A stretch of 64,000 bases of DNA from the NCBI GenBank assembly GCA_050014195.1, contig JBEKDT010000020.1:1-64000 (forward strand), in the 5' to 3' direction. Made by a program: the position numbers and the translations under genes. The notes beneath the pieces are model-generated. The model searched no databases. It was given only the letters and a program-made list of their open reading frames with translations, and was not told where the DNA came from. This stretch comes from Desulfomonilia bacterium. GTDB taxonomy: Bacteria > Desulfobacterota > Desulfomonilia > UBA1062. Shown piece by piece: positions 19,218 to 29,539 of the stretch (position 1 is the stretch's first letter; each line of letters opens with the position of its first letter).

Positions 19218-19880
19218 ATGCGGCTGATGATTCGACACCAGGTATGGCGCTGTGTGAATGAGGGCTGTAAATTGCGATTTCCCATGGTGGAAGGCCATGC
19301 AGGAGATCGGCGATGTCCCCGGTGCGGTTCTCCCACCATTACCGCCGGCGAACCTTATGAAGAACACAAGGCCCCGCTCATGGTCCATCTCTCGGCATTA
19401 CCGCGGATGGAAGTTCTGCTGGACAACATCAGGAGCATCTACAATGTTGGTTCCATATTCAGGACGGCAGACGGCGCAGGTATCTCTTACCTGCATCTGT
19501 GCGATATCACGCCGACGCCTGATAACCCGAGACTGAAGAAAACGGCCCTTGGTGCCGATAAAGCCGTCGGCTGGACCCACTACGCCGACGGATACGCTGC
19601 CGCAGAAGCCCTCAAGACACAAGGCATGCGATTATGGGCGCTGGAGGGAGGAGAACGTTCTCTGCCCATTCACCGGAACATGCCGGAGATGGATGGCCGG
19701 CCTATCGTGTTGATAGTGGGCAACGAGGTCTGCGGGGTAGACCCCGGCATCCTGGATCAGTGCGAGAAGATCTTTTCAATCCCCATGCAGGGGGTCAAGA
19801 CATCCCTGAATACGGCCGTGGCCTTCGGTATCGCTGTTTATAGCTTACGCCTTCATCTAGACATATCCGGAACGGAATAA
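19218..19880 (+). CDS. TrmH/SpoU RNA methyltransferase with N-terminal zinc ribbon
   Basis: LDNIRSIYNVGSIFRTAD, VGNEVCG, IPMQGVKTSLN; CVNEGC...CPRCG. Confidence 0.88.
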   Translation: MRLMIRHQVWRCVNEGCKLRFPMVEGHAGDRRCPRCGSPTITAGEPYEEHKAPLMVHLSALPRMEVLLDNIRSIYNVGSIFRTADGAGISYLHLCDITPTPDNPRLKKTALGADKAVGWTHYADGYAAAEALKTQGMRLWALEGGERSLPIHRNMPEMDGRPIVLIVGNEVCGVDPGILDQCEKIFSIPMQGVKTSLNTAVAFGIAVYSLRLHLDISGTE

Positions 19881-19891
19881 GGAGGACCCCT

Positions 19892-21574
19892 ATGGGAACT
19901 AAACTCTTGATAATAGGCGGCGTAGCTGGCGGCGCAACCGCAGCGGCCAGGGCCCGCAGGATCGACGAGAGTGCACAGATCATCCTCTTCGAGCGCGGGG
20001 AATACATATCCTTTGCCAACTGCGGCCTGCCTTACTACGTAGGCAATGTCATCAAAAGACGTGATTCCCTGCTCGTCACCTCACCGCAGGCCCTCATGAA
20101 GCGATATCGTATCGATATAAGGGTCTTCAATGAGGTCATTGCCATCGACAGAACCGATAAATCCCTGAAGGTCAAAGATCAATCCACAGGCCGTATCTAT
20201 ACCGAGCACTATGACAAGGTCATCCTTTCACCGGGGGCGGAACCCGTCAAACCCGGGATAGAGGGTACTGATATTGATGGCATCTTCAACCTTCGGAACA
20301 TCCCCGACTCGGACAGGATCAAGGCCCTGGTTGATGAGAAAAAGCCGAAGCATGCCGTTGTCATAGGCGGCGGGTACATCGGCATCGAGATGGCAGAGAA
20401 TTTGATGGAACGCGGGGTGAAGACAACCGTTCTTGAAATGCTTGACCAGGTGATGTCGCAGTTCGATTATGAGATGGCAGGGCTCATTCATGCCCATCTC
20501 AAGGAAGCGGGCCTTACGCTCATGCTCGGGGATGGGGTGAAGTCCTTCTCGCGCCGGGACGGCGGCATCATGGTCAATACCACAAAGGGCCTGAGCCTGC
20601 CATGCGATCTGGCTGTCCTGTCTGTCGGAATCAGACCGGAAAATGTCCTTGCAAGAGAAGCGGGGCTCGAGCTCAGCGAAAAAGGCCACATCATAGTGAA
20701 TTCCTCCATGGCAACCTCCGACCCGGACATCTATGCCGTCGGTGATGCAGTGGCCGTGAGGGATTACCTCATGGGGATACCGGTTAATACGGCACTGGCA
20801 GGCCCGGCCAATAAACAGGCGCGAATTGCCGCAGACAATGCACTGGGCAGGAGGGCCCTTTTCCGCGGCACGCTTGGCACGTCAATCGTGAAGATATTCG
20901 GGCTCACCGCCGCTTCCACGGGTATGAACGAGAAGACCCTCAAGTCGCATGGTGTGCCCTACCATGTCAGCTACACCCATCCGGGCTCGCATGCATCCTA
21001 CTACCCCGGCGCCGAGATCATGTCGATTAAGCTGATTTTTGCTCCTTCAACCGGCAAGCTTCTTGGCGCGCAGATAGTCGGGGGAGCGGGAGTGGACAAG
21101 CGCATCGACGTGCTGGCAACGGCGCTGCACGGCAACATGAGCGTGTTTGACCTTGAGGAGCTTGAGCTTGCATATGCCCCTCCCTACTCCTCAGCCAAGG
21201 ACCCGGTGAACATGGCGGGCTTTGTCGCCGCCAACATGCTTAAAGGGGACCTCACGACCATCAACTGGGATGAGCTGGCCCGACTCGACAGGCAGGAAAA
21301 TGTGCTCATCGACTTGAGAAATGCCGAAGAGCTTCATGAATCGGGCATCATCGAAGGGGCGCTGCACATACCGCTGAACGACCTGAGAGACCATCTGGAT
21401 GAACTTGACAAGAACAAGACCTACATACCCTTTTGTGCAGCCGGACTGCGTGGATACATCGCCCACCGCATCCTGGTCCAGCATGGATTCAAATCTCGAA
21501 ACTTAAGCGGAGGATACTGGACATATCTGGGAGTTATAGAGAAGATCATGATCGGGATTTCCGCTCAAGCCTGA
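19892..21574 (+). CDS. CoA-disulfide reductase with C-terminal rhodanese domain
   Basis: GGVAGGATAA, SFANCGLPYY, YAPPYSSAKDP, FCAAGLRGY. Confidence 0.92.
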   Translation: MGTKLLIIGGVAGGATAAARARRIDESAQIILFERGEYISFANCGLPYYVGNVIKRRDSLLVTSPQALMKRYRIDIRVFNEVIAIDRTDKSLKVKDQSTGRIYTEHYDKVILSPGAEPVKPGIEGTDIDGIFNLRNIPDSDRIKALVDEKKPKHAVVIGGGYIGIEMAENLMERGVKTTVLEMLDQVMSQFDYEMAGLIHAHLKEAGLTLMLGDGVKSFSRRDGGIMVNTTKGLSLPCDLAVLSVGIRPENVLAREAGLELSEKGHIIVNSSMATSDPDIYAVGDAVAVRDYLMGIPVNTALAGPANKQARIAADNALGRRALFRGTLGTSIVKIFGLTAASTGMNEKTLKSHGVPYHVSYTHPGSHASYYPGAEIMSIKLIFAPSTGKLLGAQIVGGAGVDKRIDVLATALHGNMSVFDLEELELAYAPPYSSAKDPVNMAGFVAANMLKGDLTTINWDELARLDRQENVLIDLRNAEELHESGIIEGALHIPLNDLRDHLDELDKNKTYIPFCAAGLRGYIAHRILVQHGFKSRNLSGGYWTYLGVIEKIMIGISAQA

Positions 21575-21824
21575 TGGTTACCAGATTATCGCTGTCCGGG
21601 CAGCTAAGCTCTATGACATCACCCTGCCACCACGGCAAGCTGCCGCCGAACTGGAAGCACTCCAGAGAAGGAAAGATGTCATGATAGAAGAAGCCGCATA
21701 GACCAGCAGGGTCATGACAGCTGATCTCGAATGTCTCTCCTACCCTGTGACCTGCACTGCATTCGCCCTTTACGGATAAAACCGTGGCCATCACCTTGTA
21801 TCCGATGCCCGGGTCCTTTGCCAT
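21546..21824 (-). CDS. TIGR04076-like small Cys-rich protein
   Basis: KGECSAGHRVGETF, GLCGFFYHDIFP, CPD; overlaps the 3' end of the convergent gene by 29 bp. Confidence 0.8.
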   Translation of the reverse strand: MAKDPGIGYKVMATVLSVKGECSAGHRVGETFEISCHDPAGLCGFFYHDIFPSLECFQFGGSLPWWQGDVIELSCPDSDNLVTIRLERKSRS

Positions 21825-21980
21825 ATCCTTGTCCTCCCAATTTATTAATACATAAACACCTGAAACCGGTCAATGAAAGCCAAAGTGCAAAAAGGGCTGT
21901 GTTGACCATCTCCCCAATTTTCATGTATTATTACGGATAGACCTCCGGCAAGATTTTTATAACGGGTCGATGAGTATGGA

Positions 21981-23246
21981 ATGACTATGAAATTATCAGG
22001 CATTGATACCAAAGATTCGATCACAGAACGCTTCTCAAACCATGTCTCCAGCGGCAAGGTGGAGTTCTTTAAAGGTGCGGGCATAGACTTCGTTCTGGGC
22101 CGGCGCGAGGGCCCCTATATATGGGATGTAAGCGGGACCAAACGGCTCATCAACTGCAACAGCAACGGCGGTGTCTTCAACCTCGGACATAGAAACCCGA
22201 AGATCATGCAGGTCCTCAGGGAAAGCATGGAGGAGCTGGACATCGGCAACCACCACCTCATCAGCGAGCATCGCTCCCTGCTCGCCCAAAGGCTCGCCGA
22301 GCTCACGCCCGGCGACATTACCTACACCGTGTTCGGCGTCGGCGGGGGAGAGGCCGTGGACTGTGCCATCAAACTCGCACGGGGCTACACAAAAAGGCCC
22401 AAGATCATATCCGCTCTTGGGGGTTATCACGGCCACACGGGATATTCACTCGCCACCGGTGACGAGAAGTACCGCAGCCTCTTCGGACCCCAGCTTCCCG
22501 GCTTCATCCAGGTTCCCTTCAATGATAAGGATGCCATCAGTGCTGTTCTAGATGTCGACACGGCGGCGGTCATCTTCGAGACCATACCAGCTACGCTGGG
22601 CATGCCGATACCGGATGCGGATTATTATGCATATGTGAAAGGGTTATGTGAGAAAAACGGCACGCTTTTCATCATCGATGAGGTCCAGACCGGTCTCGGC
22701 CGCACCGGCAGGCTCTGGGGAATCGAGCATTACGGTGTGGAGCCCGACATCATGGTAATTGCCAAGGGTCTCTCCGGCGGCGTCTACCCCATCAGCGCCA
22801 CATGCTTTACACCCGAGCTTCAATCCTTCTTCCACGAACACCCCTTCAGCCACCTCTCGACGTATGGAGGGGCCGAGCTGGGGTGCCGTGTGGCGCTTGC
22901 CGTTCTCGAGGAATCCTCCAGCCCCGCGTTTCTCGATCATGTCCGGAAGATCGCCGGCATCTTCACCCACGCGTTTGAGAAGCTCAAGGAGAAACACCCC
23001 GAGATCCTTGTGCGCTTTCGCCAGCTTGGTCTCATGATGGGCATGGAAATGGTGAATGAGGACTGCGGACCGATCTTGTCCAAGGCATGCTACGATAATG
23101 ATGTCTTGTGCATATATGCCAACAACGATACCCGCATAGGCCAGCTCCTCCCCCCGCTCATAATCAGCGAGGGGCTTGCATATGAGATCATCGAGCGGGT
23201 CGATAAATCTCTCGATGAAGCCAAGAGGTTCCTCGGCCTTGCATGA
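21981..23246 (+). CDS. Class III PLP aminotransferase (putrescine/acetylornithine-like)
   Basis: GGEAVDCAIK, GYHGHT, IDEVQTGLGRTG, PDIMVIAKGLSGG. Confidence 0.92.
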   Translation: MTMKLSGIDTKDSITERFSNHVSSGKVEFFKGAGIDFVLGRREGPYIWDVSGTKRLINCNSNGGVFNLGHRNPKIMQVLRESMEELDIGNHHLISEHRSLLAQRLAELTPGDITYTVFGVGGGEAVDCAIKLARGYTKRPKIISALGGYHGHTGYSLATGDEKYRSLFGPQLPGFIQVPFNDKDAISAVLDVDTAAVIFETIPATLGMPIPDADYYAYVKGLCEKNGTLFIIDEVQTGLGRTGRLWGIEHYGVEPDIMVIAKGLSGGVYPISATCFTPELQSFFHEHPFSHLSTYGGAELGCRVALAVLEESSSPAFLDHVRKIAGIFTHAFEKLKEKHPEILVRFRQLGLMMGMEMVNEDCGPILSKACYDNDVLCIYANNDTRIGQLLPPLIISEGLAYEIIERVDKSLDEAKRFLGLA

Positions 23247-23256
23247 GAGCGGTGCT

Positions 23257-24231
23257 GTGATCGAGCAGCGCATCGATTACGATCTCCTTGCCCGGTTCGA
23301 AAAGGGCTTGAATCCCAGATACCCCGAGAAGAGTGCGATCCCTGCACTCATTCTCGGATACGGAGAGATCAGCACCATATTCGAGATCCTCCATGAGAGC
23401 CAGAAAGGGCTGGCCTTCAAACGCATGCCCATATTCAAGACAGAGGATGAAATGGCACGGTATGAGCGCCTGTTCAAAGAGTACAACAGGGCATTGAGCG
23501 AAGATATCGGCATCAAGGTCCCTGACCATGCATCGGCAAGGATTTACCCGGAATCAGGGAATAAGGTGATATACAACATTCAGGAGAAGCTCCACTCCGG
23601 GTCATTCTGCCATCGGGTGATCCATAAGATCAATAAGGCCTCTTCGGAAAAGCTTTTACTCATCATCCTTGGAAAGATGCTTAGGGTGTGGGAGTTTAAC
23701 ACCGGCGGCGGTCCCGTTGCCATAGGACTTGACGGTCAGCTCTCCAACTGGGCTGTCAAGGATTTCGATCCTGAACACCCTTCCATTACCGACGAGACGG
23801 AGCTCCTGTACATCGATACAAGCACACCGCTTATGAGGGTCAAAGGGCAAGAACAGCTTGAGGCCGATCTCTTCCTGCGGAGCGCCCCATCTTTTTTACT
23901 TTTGCTCATCAAGGCCGTCTTCCTCCAGGATATCCTCGATAGGTACTATAACTTCCATCTGGTCGTAGTGGATCTCATCGGGAATCTTTATAAGGAGCAG
24001 CGACCCGATCTGATCCCTTCGTTCATCAGGTCTGCAAACACATTCTTCGAAACCGATGCAGAGCGCTTCAAGACAAAGCCCATCACGGGAAAGGAGGTGA
24101 AATCGTACTACCTGGAAGATGCATTCATATTCGAGCTTTTTCTTGTTGTCAGGAAGCTGGACCGCTTTATCAGCACGCGCATCCTCCACAAACCATACCC
24201 ATACATACTCCCGGGGAAGATTAAACGTTAG
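23257..24231 (+). CDS. Hypothetical protein (DUF6206-like, kinase-like fold)
   Basis: LGYGEIS, FKRMP, GLDGQLSNW, YIDTSTP; probable GTG start. Confidence 0.65.
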   Translation: MIEQRIDYDLLARFEKGLNPRYPEKSAIPALILGYGEISTIFEILHESQKGLAFKRMPIFKTEDEMARYERLFKEYNRALSEDIGIKVPDHASARIYPESGNKVIYNIQEKLHSGSFCHRVIHKINKASSEKLLLIILGKMLRVWEFNTGGGPVAIGLDGQLSNWAVKDFDPEHPSITDETELLYIDTSTPLMRVKGQEQLEADLFLRSAPSFLLLLIKAVFLQDILDRYYNFHLVVVDLIGNLYKEQRPDLIPSFIRSANTFFETDAERFKTKPITGKEVKSYYLEDAFIFELFLVVRKLDRFISTRILHKPYPYILPGKIKR

Positions 24232-24313
24232 TTTTTCATGAACCCCTGTTTTTGGGTTCTCTCTGTGAAGCATACTTTTATAGTTTGCATCCTTTTTACT
24301 GCCCATTGTTCTT

Positions 24314-24439
24314 ACCACGAAGGACACGAAGAGCACGAAGATGATCATAGAAAATCAGAACGGACACTCGTGGATCTCTTGCCTCAGTCGGAGATTTCAA
24401 GAGGATTCTTTTCTTCGTGTCCTTCGTGCTCTTCGTGGT
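24314..24439. repeat. Inverted triple 9-mer repeat element
   Basis: accacgaag-gacacgaag-agcacgaag (24314-24340) and an inverted cttcgtg triplet (24413-24439). Confidence 0.75.
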
Positions 24440-24568
24440 GCAGTCTTCCTCTGCGTACTCCTTAATCATCCAAGTATGCATTACTGTGATGAACCTGTTT
24501 TACCTTTGGTATAGATTCATTGAGGGATTGATGGAGCCGATGAGCACTTAAGAAACATGGAGCACGGG

Positions 24569-25654
24569 CTAGTTCAACCCGTATACACGCTTGGCCTTGA
24601 ACCTGAAATAGCCGGCCTTCTCCTCGCCGGCCACTGTGGCTGCATCATTGCCGAAATATTTCCGCCTCAGTTCGTCGAGCAAGCTATCACGGGCCACACC
24701 TTGAACCGAATCAACGATCTTCTGCCGCTCTTTCATATACATGAGGCCCTTTTCCCAACGTTCGTCACGGACCTTTTCAAGGGCATCCCCTTGTGCAATG
24801 GTACCCTCATCCATCCCCAAGGACCGGCGGACGGTCTTCAGGCTCTGTCTCCGCTCCTGGGGCTGCATCTTCTTAAGATCGGCCTGGACGCTCTCCAGGT
24901 TTAAAAAGCGATTCAAGAGCTCCTGCTGATGGTTTTGTATAAAGGGATCTGCATCTGAAGCATATTCCTGCCGGATGGTGTCCTCGAAAAAAGCCAGCTT
25001 ATCTTTCAGTGAGGAATTCTTTACCTTGTTTAACCCTGAAAGGACCTGATTGATTATTTTTGTCTTCTGGTCGTCCGCCCAAATTTTCTCCGCATCAATA
25101 CCGAAGATCTCGCGGCGCTTGCTCCAGACAATACTTTCTTTCTCCTTCTTGCTCTTAGAAAACAGCGGATCCCACACCCCCTGGAGCCATGTCTCATAAC
25201 GCTCAAGGTTATCAGACATCTTTAAAAGCCGCTCGGTGTTATCAGGGAACACCAATCCGATGGCCTCTGCAGTCTTCTCATGAAAGTTCTCAGGGTATTG
25301 GGGTTCCAGGATTCGCTGGATCTCTTCAATGGCCCGAACCTGAACCTTGGGGCTGCTCAGGTCTTTGCCGTATCTGCTGCGCAGGTGTGAGATCAGTTCC
25401 CTGTCGAGCTCCAATTTGCCGTCATGTTCAGTAACCCGTGCCCTATAGCCTGCAACGCCCTTGGAACCGCCACCCGAGAAAATAGAAACGACAGCATTTT
25501 TTATAGCTGAACCCGGATGAAACAAGGCGGACTCGGAATTGAAAGACATGATGGCAGCAAGCTGCATGGCTATCCCGGCAAATACACTCACCACCAGGAT
25601 CGCCGTAAGGACCCTCCAGAGTTGGAACTTGTCGCTCTCTTTCACCTTGTCCAT
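24569..25654 (-). CDS. Hypothetical membrane-anchored helical protein (lipase-chaperone-like C-terminus)
   Basis: Single N-terminal TM; RREIFG..., RDERWEKGLMYMKERQKI...LRRKYFG. Confidence 0.6.
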   Translation of the reverse strand: MDKVKESDKFQLWRVLTAILVVSVFAGIAMQLAAIMSFNSESALFHPGSAIKNAVVSIFSGGGSKGVAGYRARVTEHDGKLELDRELISHLRSRYGKDLSSPKVQVRAIEEIQRILEPQYPENFHEKTAEAIGLVFPDNTERLLKMSDNLERYETWLQGVWDPLFSKSKKEKESIVWSKRREIFGIDAEKIWADDQKTKIINQVLSGLNKVKNSSLKDKLAFFEDTIRQEYASDADPFIQNHQQELLNRFLNLESVQADLKKMQPQERRQSLKTVRRSLGMDEGTIAQGDALEKVRDERWEKGLMYMKERQKIVDSVQGVARDSLLDELRRKYFGNDAATVAGEEKAGYFRFKAKRVYGLN

Positions 25655-25762
25655 ATCTGATCCCTTGATCGGCAAAATGTCAAGCAAAGGACAGAGGAAA
25701 AGATGTAAAGGAGAGATATGGAGCTCATCAAAAAAACTGTCAGAAGCACGGACGGTCTTTTA

Positions 25763-26236
25763 TCATGCTAAAATGGAATCAACCTTTGCATTCCTTAATC
25801 TTGCAAGGAATTCACTCACATTTGGTGTGTCTTCTTCAGGCGACCACGCAGCAAACTCTGATGATCGAGCATCGTATGGGCCTTGCTTCGTCTCGAAAAA
25901 TACCGATCCATCAGCCATGGGGACCCAGGAATGCCATATATTGGGCTGTATTTCAAACCCTATTATATCCTCACCGGGACCGATAGAGGCACGTTCGATT
26001 ACCCGACCCGCATCATCAAACACTATGACATCAAAGAGACCTCGAATGACAAGGACAAACTCCCACTTCTCGGGATGCCGATGCGGACGGAAATATGATT
26101 CCAGAGCGGAGGCTATGAATAATCTCTGGACCGGATCAGACAGTGATTCATGTATATTGTAATTGATGCGCTGCCTGGCATTCGCGCCCGCCCGAACAAT
26201 GAGCTCATCGATCAAATTGGATGTGATCTGTTTCAT
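25763..26236 (-). CDS. WbuC family cupin-fold metalloprotein
   Basis: RQRINYNIH, VQRLF, YFRPHRH, WHS, FETKQGPY. Confidence 0.88.
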   Translation of the reverse strand: MKQITSNLIDELIVRAGANARQRINYNIHESLSDPVQRLFIASALESYFRPHRHPEKWEFVLVIRGLFDVIVFDDAGRVIERASIGPGEDIIGFEIQPNIWHSWVPMADGSVFFETKQGPYDARSSEFAAWSPEEDTPNVSEFLARLRNAKVDSILA

Positions 26237-26352
26237 ACCGGTCACTGCGTCTTCAGCATCTCCCAATACTTCTCGTATGTCACGATGGCGTCGCCCACGT
26301 CAGTCTGGAACTCACCAGATAACGATGCCTAAAACTTAAAACCTCAAACCCA

Positions 26353-27267
26353 TTATTTCACGGTCTTCATCACCTCAAGAGCCTCCTTATAGTCCGGGAT
26401 TCCCGCCCTGCCTCCATACTCCCTGCAGGAGAGGCTTGCCACGGTGACGGCAAAGCGCACTGCTTGGTGAAGGTCATACCCCCTGCTGACGGCCAGGGCA
26501 AATGCACCATGGAAGTTGTCACCCGCACCGGTAGTGTCTCTGACCTGGACCTTGGGAGGATGCACTTGAACCAGGCTCTCTCCATTAAGGTAATATGAGC
26601 CGTATTCGCCGTCCGTCACGATGAGGCGGCCTTTAAGCATGCCTGCCAGAGAAATTATCTTCTTATGTTTTGATGGCCTGTTTACGGAAGATCCTATTGA
26701 ATCAAGAAAACCGTAATGCGGTACAAAATAATCAGCCAAGCCCATCATGTCCTCAAGACCCGGCCGGTTTCGCTCGCAGTCGTAGACCACGGGCGGCAGA
26801 CCTTTCATCTTCATCAGGGGCCCAGCCAAGTTCGTGGCCTGGGGCCCAAACAGGATCACCCCTGCATGCGAAAGGAGATCGGACAGGACATGATTCAGCT
26901 CGATGACCGGGAGCGTACCGGACTCATAGACTATGGTCCTTCTGCCGCTTGAGCCGGTGATGAGGACATATGCATAGGGTGTGCGTCCCCCTGCAATGAC
27001 ATTCACGTGGGTGGTGTCCACACCGAAATCGTTGAGCCTCTTGAGGCAGAACAGGCCCTCCTCATCATCACCCAGACATCCCACATAGGCCGCCCTTCCC
27101 CCGAGCCGTGCCACGCAGCAGGCGGCAGTGGCGCCTTGGCCGCCGCCCTCCACGAGCCTCATGGACATGGGCACCTTGGCATCTTCATCCGGGTATTGAT
27201 CAACTATGCACAGGTGGTCCATGCATGCCCTGCCCACAATAACGACCTCAAATTCATTCTTTCCCAT
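26353..27267 (-). CDS. PfkB family carbohydrate kinase
   Basis: GGGQGATAA, GDDEEG, DTTGAGDNFHG. Confidence 0.92.
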   Translation of the reverse strand: MGKNEFEVVIVGRACMDHLCIVDQYPDEDAKVPMSMRLVEGGGQGATAACCVARLGGRAAYVGCLGDDEEGLFCLKRLNDFGVDTTHVNVIAGGRTPYAYVLITGSSGRRTIVYESGTLPVIELNHVLSDLLSHAGVILFGPQATNLAGPLMKMKGLPPVVYDCERNRPGLEDMMGLADYFVPHYGFLDSIGSSVNRPSKHKKIISLAGMLKGRLIVTDGEYGSYYLNGESLVQVHPPKVQVRDTTGAGDNFHGAFALAVSRGYDLHQAVRFAVTVASLSCREYGGRAGIPDYKEALEVMKTVK

Positions 27268-27409
27268 GGAGACTGCTCCTGTCCTTCCCGGTCATGGCAT
27301 CATACCACTATCTGCATCTCGTCACCAGTGGGGGGGAACATCCGGAACCCAATTTTATCAGCTATGAGATGCCCTCATCCTTGACTATTGGATGAAAAAA
27401 GACCGGCTC

Positions 27410-28891
27410 TCATAAAGACAATCGGTGCGAGGACACCCGGAGGGGTTGCTCCATCTCATCACTCCTGCCGGTATAAAACCACTTGGGGAAATTGAAAAAT
27501 GATGTGATGGACTTGGGCAGCAAGAGCGCCGCCTGGAGGAAGGCCTCGAGGTCGGGTACGTTGTAGATATTAACATCATATCCCCAGTTCTGCAGCTGGA
27601 TGATAATCCTTCTGCTTGAAGGTGTGTTCCAGTTCACGGAAAAGCGGTCGATTCCCCAATGTGCAAGCATACCAAGATATTTTCTTGCCTCCGGAGGAGA
27701 TTCTTTCATCATCTGGGAAAGGCTATCCACCGGGCATTGCTTGATGGCCTTAGGGAATGTATCCAGGATGAGCTGTAAGCCCCCTCTGCGCATTTCTTCC
27801 ATGTTGATGGTAAACCAGATCTTTTCATCAGTGAACCCGGACGCTTTCAGTAACTCGAGAACCCTGCCGGTCATTCCCGGGTCCTTAAGATCGAGCTTCA
27901 CTCCCCTGCCGGCATCACCAAGGATATAGAGAAAATCGTCCAGCCGCGCAGGATTCTCATCCGGAGCCGGCGGCATTTCCGCATAGGGTTTTCTCCGCAA
28001 GATAAGATCCTGGCTGTTTATATGCTGACGGACATGGAGCTCGGCCCACTGCACGGATGAGATAAGAAACTGCCGCAGAATAGACTCGTCATCCACCCCG
28101 TGCCAGACAAACTCGATGTGCTCGGGTAGTTGCTGGCGGCTGATAAGATCCGTAAGATCAAAAAAATTTCTTCTCATTACATTATTCCCTGCACGAGCAG
28201 GGGAGGATTTGATAATGATGTCGGCATGGAGCAGGAGCATCTCACTTGCAGGATCACTTGTGGCTATTGCCTCAAGATTTTCCGGCTCGTTATCGATCAC
28301 GGCAACAATGCGATAACCGAGATCCTTAAAGTGCCTGATACCGTCTAGTTTGCCTTGAGGTATGGGGAGTCCGTTGTTCATGGAGAGCAGCGCATCATCG
28401 AACTTTACATGATATTCCTCGCCCAGGGTGTTTAATATCCTCAACGTATCTGTACGGAGAGACTCTGAACGTGAAGAGTTCAATCCTACGAAGGTATTCG
28501 GCTGCAACTGGAACCACCTGATTACATCCAGCACCCCGTGAAAAGGTTTGTGTGAACTTAAGATTGCCGCACGGGACCAGTAATTTTCTTTGCACCATGC
28601 AGCGATTCCCTCACGGGAGGCTGCCGGGATGGCAAATTCCCTCAGTATCGTGCCTATATCATGAGCAGGCATTGTGATGTCATCGTAACCCAGATTTGTG
28701 AAAAACCGTGTTCCATGATCATGGTCATAGTCTTTCAGTACGGAAACGATTATATGGCGCACATCAAAGATCGTACCGTCAATATCGAAGACGATCATGA
28801 GCTTATCATCGGGGTGTGACGCCCTCATGGCCTCATAGTGGAATGCAAGATCGCGCATCCAGCCTATATTCTTTCTCGTATTCATCTGCAT
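27410..28891 (-). CDS. HAD-like hydrolase fused to a PLC-like/GDPD-type TIM-barrel domain
   Basis: FDIDGT and IDNEPEN HAD motifs; C-terminal WHGV...WAELHVR...GVKLDLK. Confidence 0.7.
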   Translation of the reverse strand: MQMNTRKNIGWMRDLAFHYEAMRASHPDDKLMIVFDIDGTIFDVRHIIVSVLKDYDHDHGTRFFTNLGYDDITMPAHDIGTILREFAIPAASREGIAAWCKENYWSRAAILSSHKPFHGVLDVIRWFQLQPNTFVGLNSSRSESLRTDTLRILNTLGEEYHVKFDDALLSMNNGLPIPQGKLDGIRHFKDLGYRIVAVIDNEPENLEAIATSDPASEMLLLHADIIIKSSPARAGNNVMRRNFFDLTDLISRQQLPEHIEFVWHGVDDESILRQFLISSVQWAELHVRQHINSQDLILRRKPYAEMPPAPDENPARLDDFLYILGDAGRGVKLDLKDPGMTGRVLELLKASGFTDEKIWFTINMEEMRRGGLQLILDTFPKAIKQCPVDSLSQMMKESPPEARKYLGMLAHWGIDRFSVNWNTPSSRRIIIQLQNWGYDVNIYNVPDLEAFLQAALLLPKSITSFFNFPKWFYTGRSDEMEQPLRVSSHRLSL

Positions 28892-28919
28892 GCCCCCTCC
28901 ATACGGAATAGGTCCGATG

Positions 28920-29126
28920 CTATCCTCTCATGAATGTATCAGTATGCATTGCCTTGTTTCTTCGAACCGTTATGAGTCTTCTCTTCTTGGTGAAAAGGTA
29001 TCTGAAGATCCTCTCGATGACCGAGTTGTATCCATAAATCTTTCTCGTCCGAAGGATGAAGAAAATCCTTGATGCCCCCCTGGTAAATCCGCCCAGCACA
29101 TTGTATGAGGATTTTACATTTTTCAT
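28920..29126 (-). CDS. Small hypothetical protein
   Basis: 68-aa ORF with GGAGGT SD, upstream of the HAD fusion gene. Confidence 0.4.
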   Translation of the reverse strand: MKNVKSSYNVLGGFTRGASRIFFILRTRKIYGYNSVIERIFRYLFTKKRRLITVRRNKAMHTDTFMRG

Positions 29127-29539
29127 ACTACCTCCGCTGTTCTTTTCGGAAGAATACGCTATGATTATTAATCAGAAAATAAATTTCATGACCTTATGTG
29201 AATCGAATATATTCCGGCACAGGATAATTTCTAAAAACCATGATGATGCCCAGAGCTGTTCCGCAAACAGTCAACACAGCTAATTATCCGATATCTCATG
29301 CAATTTCTAATAAAGTCATATTGACAAGTCTCGAGAGAGGAACTTTACAGCTCGACAGACAGGGCAAGGAGGGAATACATTAAAAAATCCCTGGACGATA
29401 ACGACGCCATCTACTGGCAGGCATGAGGCAGCGGTATAAAAGCCGCCTGCATTCCTTAAAAGATCTTCCTGTTTACCCCTTAAGAAGATTCCATACCTGT
29501 TACAAGTGCACTTTCAATGTTTTTTAGACCTCTCTTTAT

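Noticed and set aside
24314-24439. Possible CRISPR array
   Set aside because: Units are 9 bp with no spacers and are inverted; no CRISPR array or cas gene was seen anywhere in the window.
26237-26330. Short coding-like stretch (ASLSGEFQTDVGDAIVTYEKYWEMLKTQ*) before the WbuC gene
   Set aside because: Possibly the 3' remnant of a deleted gene, but no start and no identifiable family.
29330-29426. Coding-like fragment ending DDNDAIYWQA*
   Set aside because: In-frame stop upstream and no start; unassignable.
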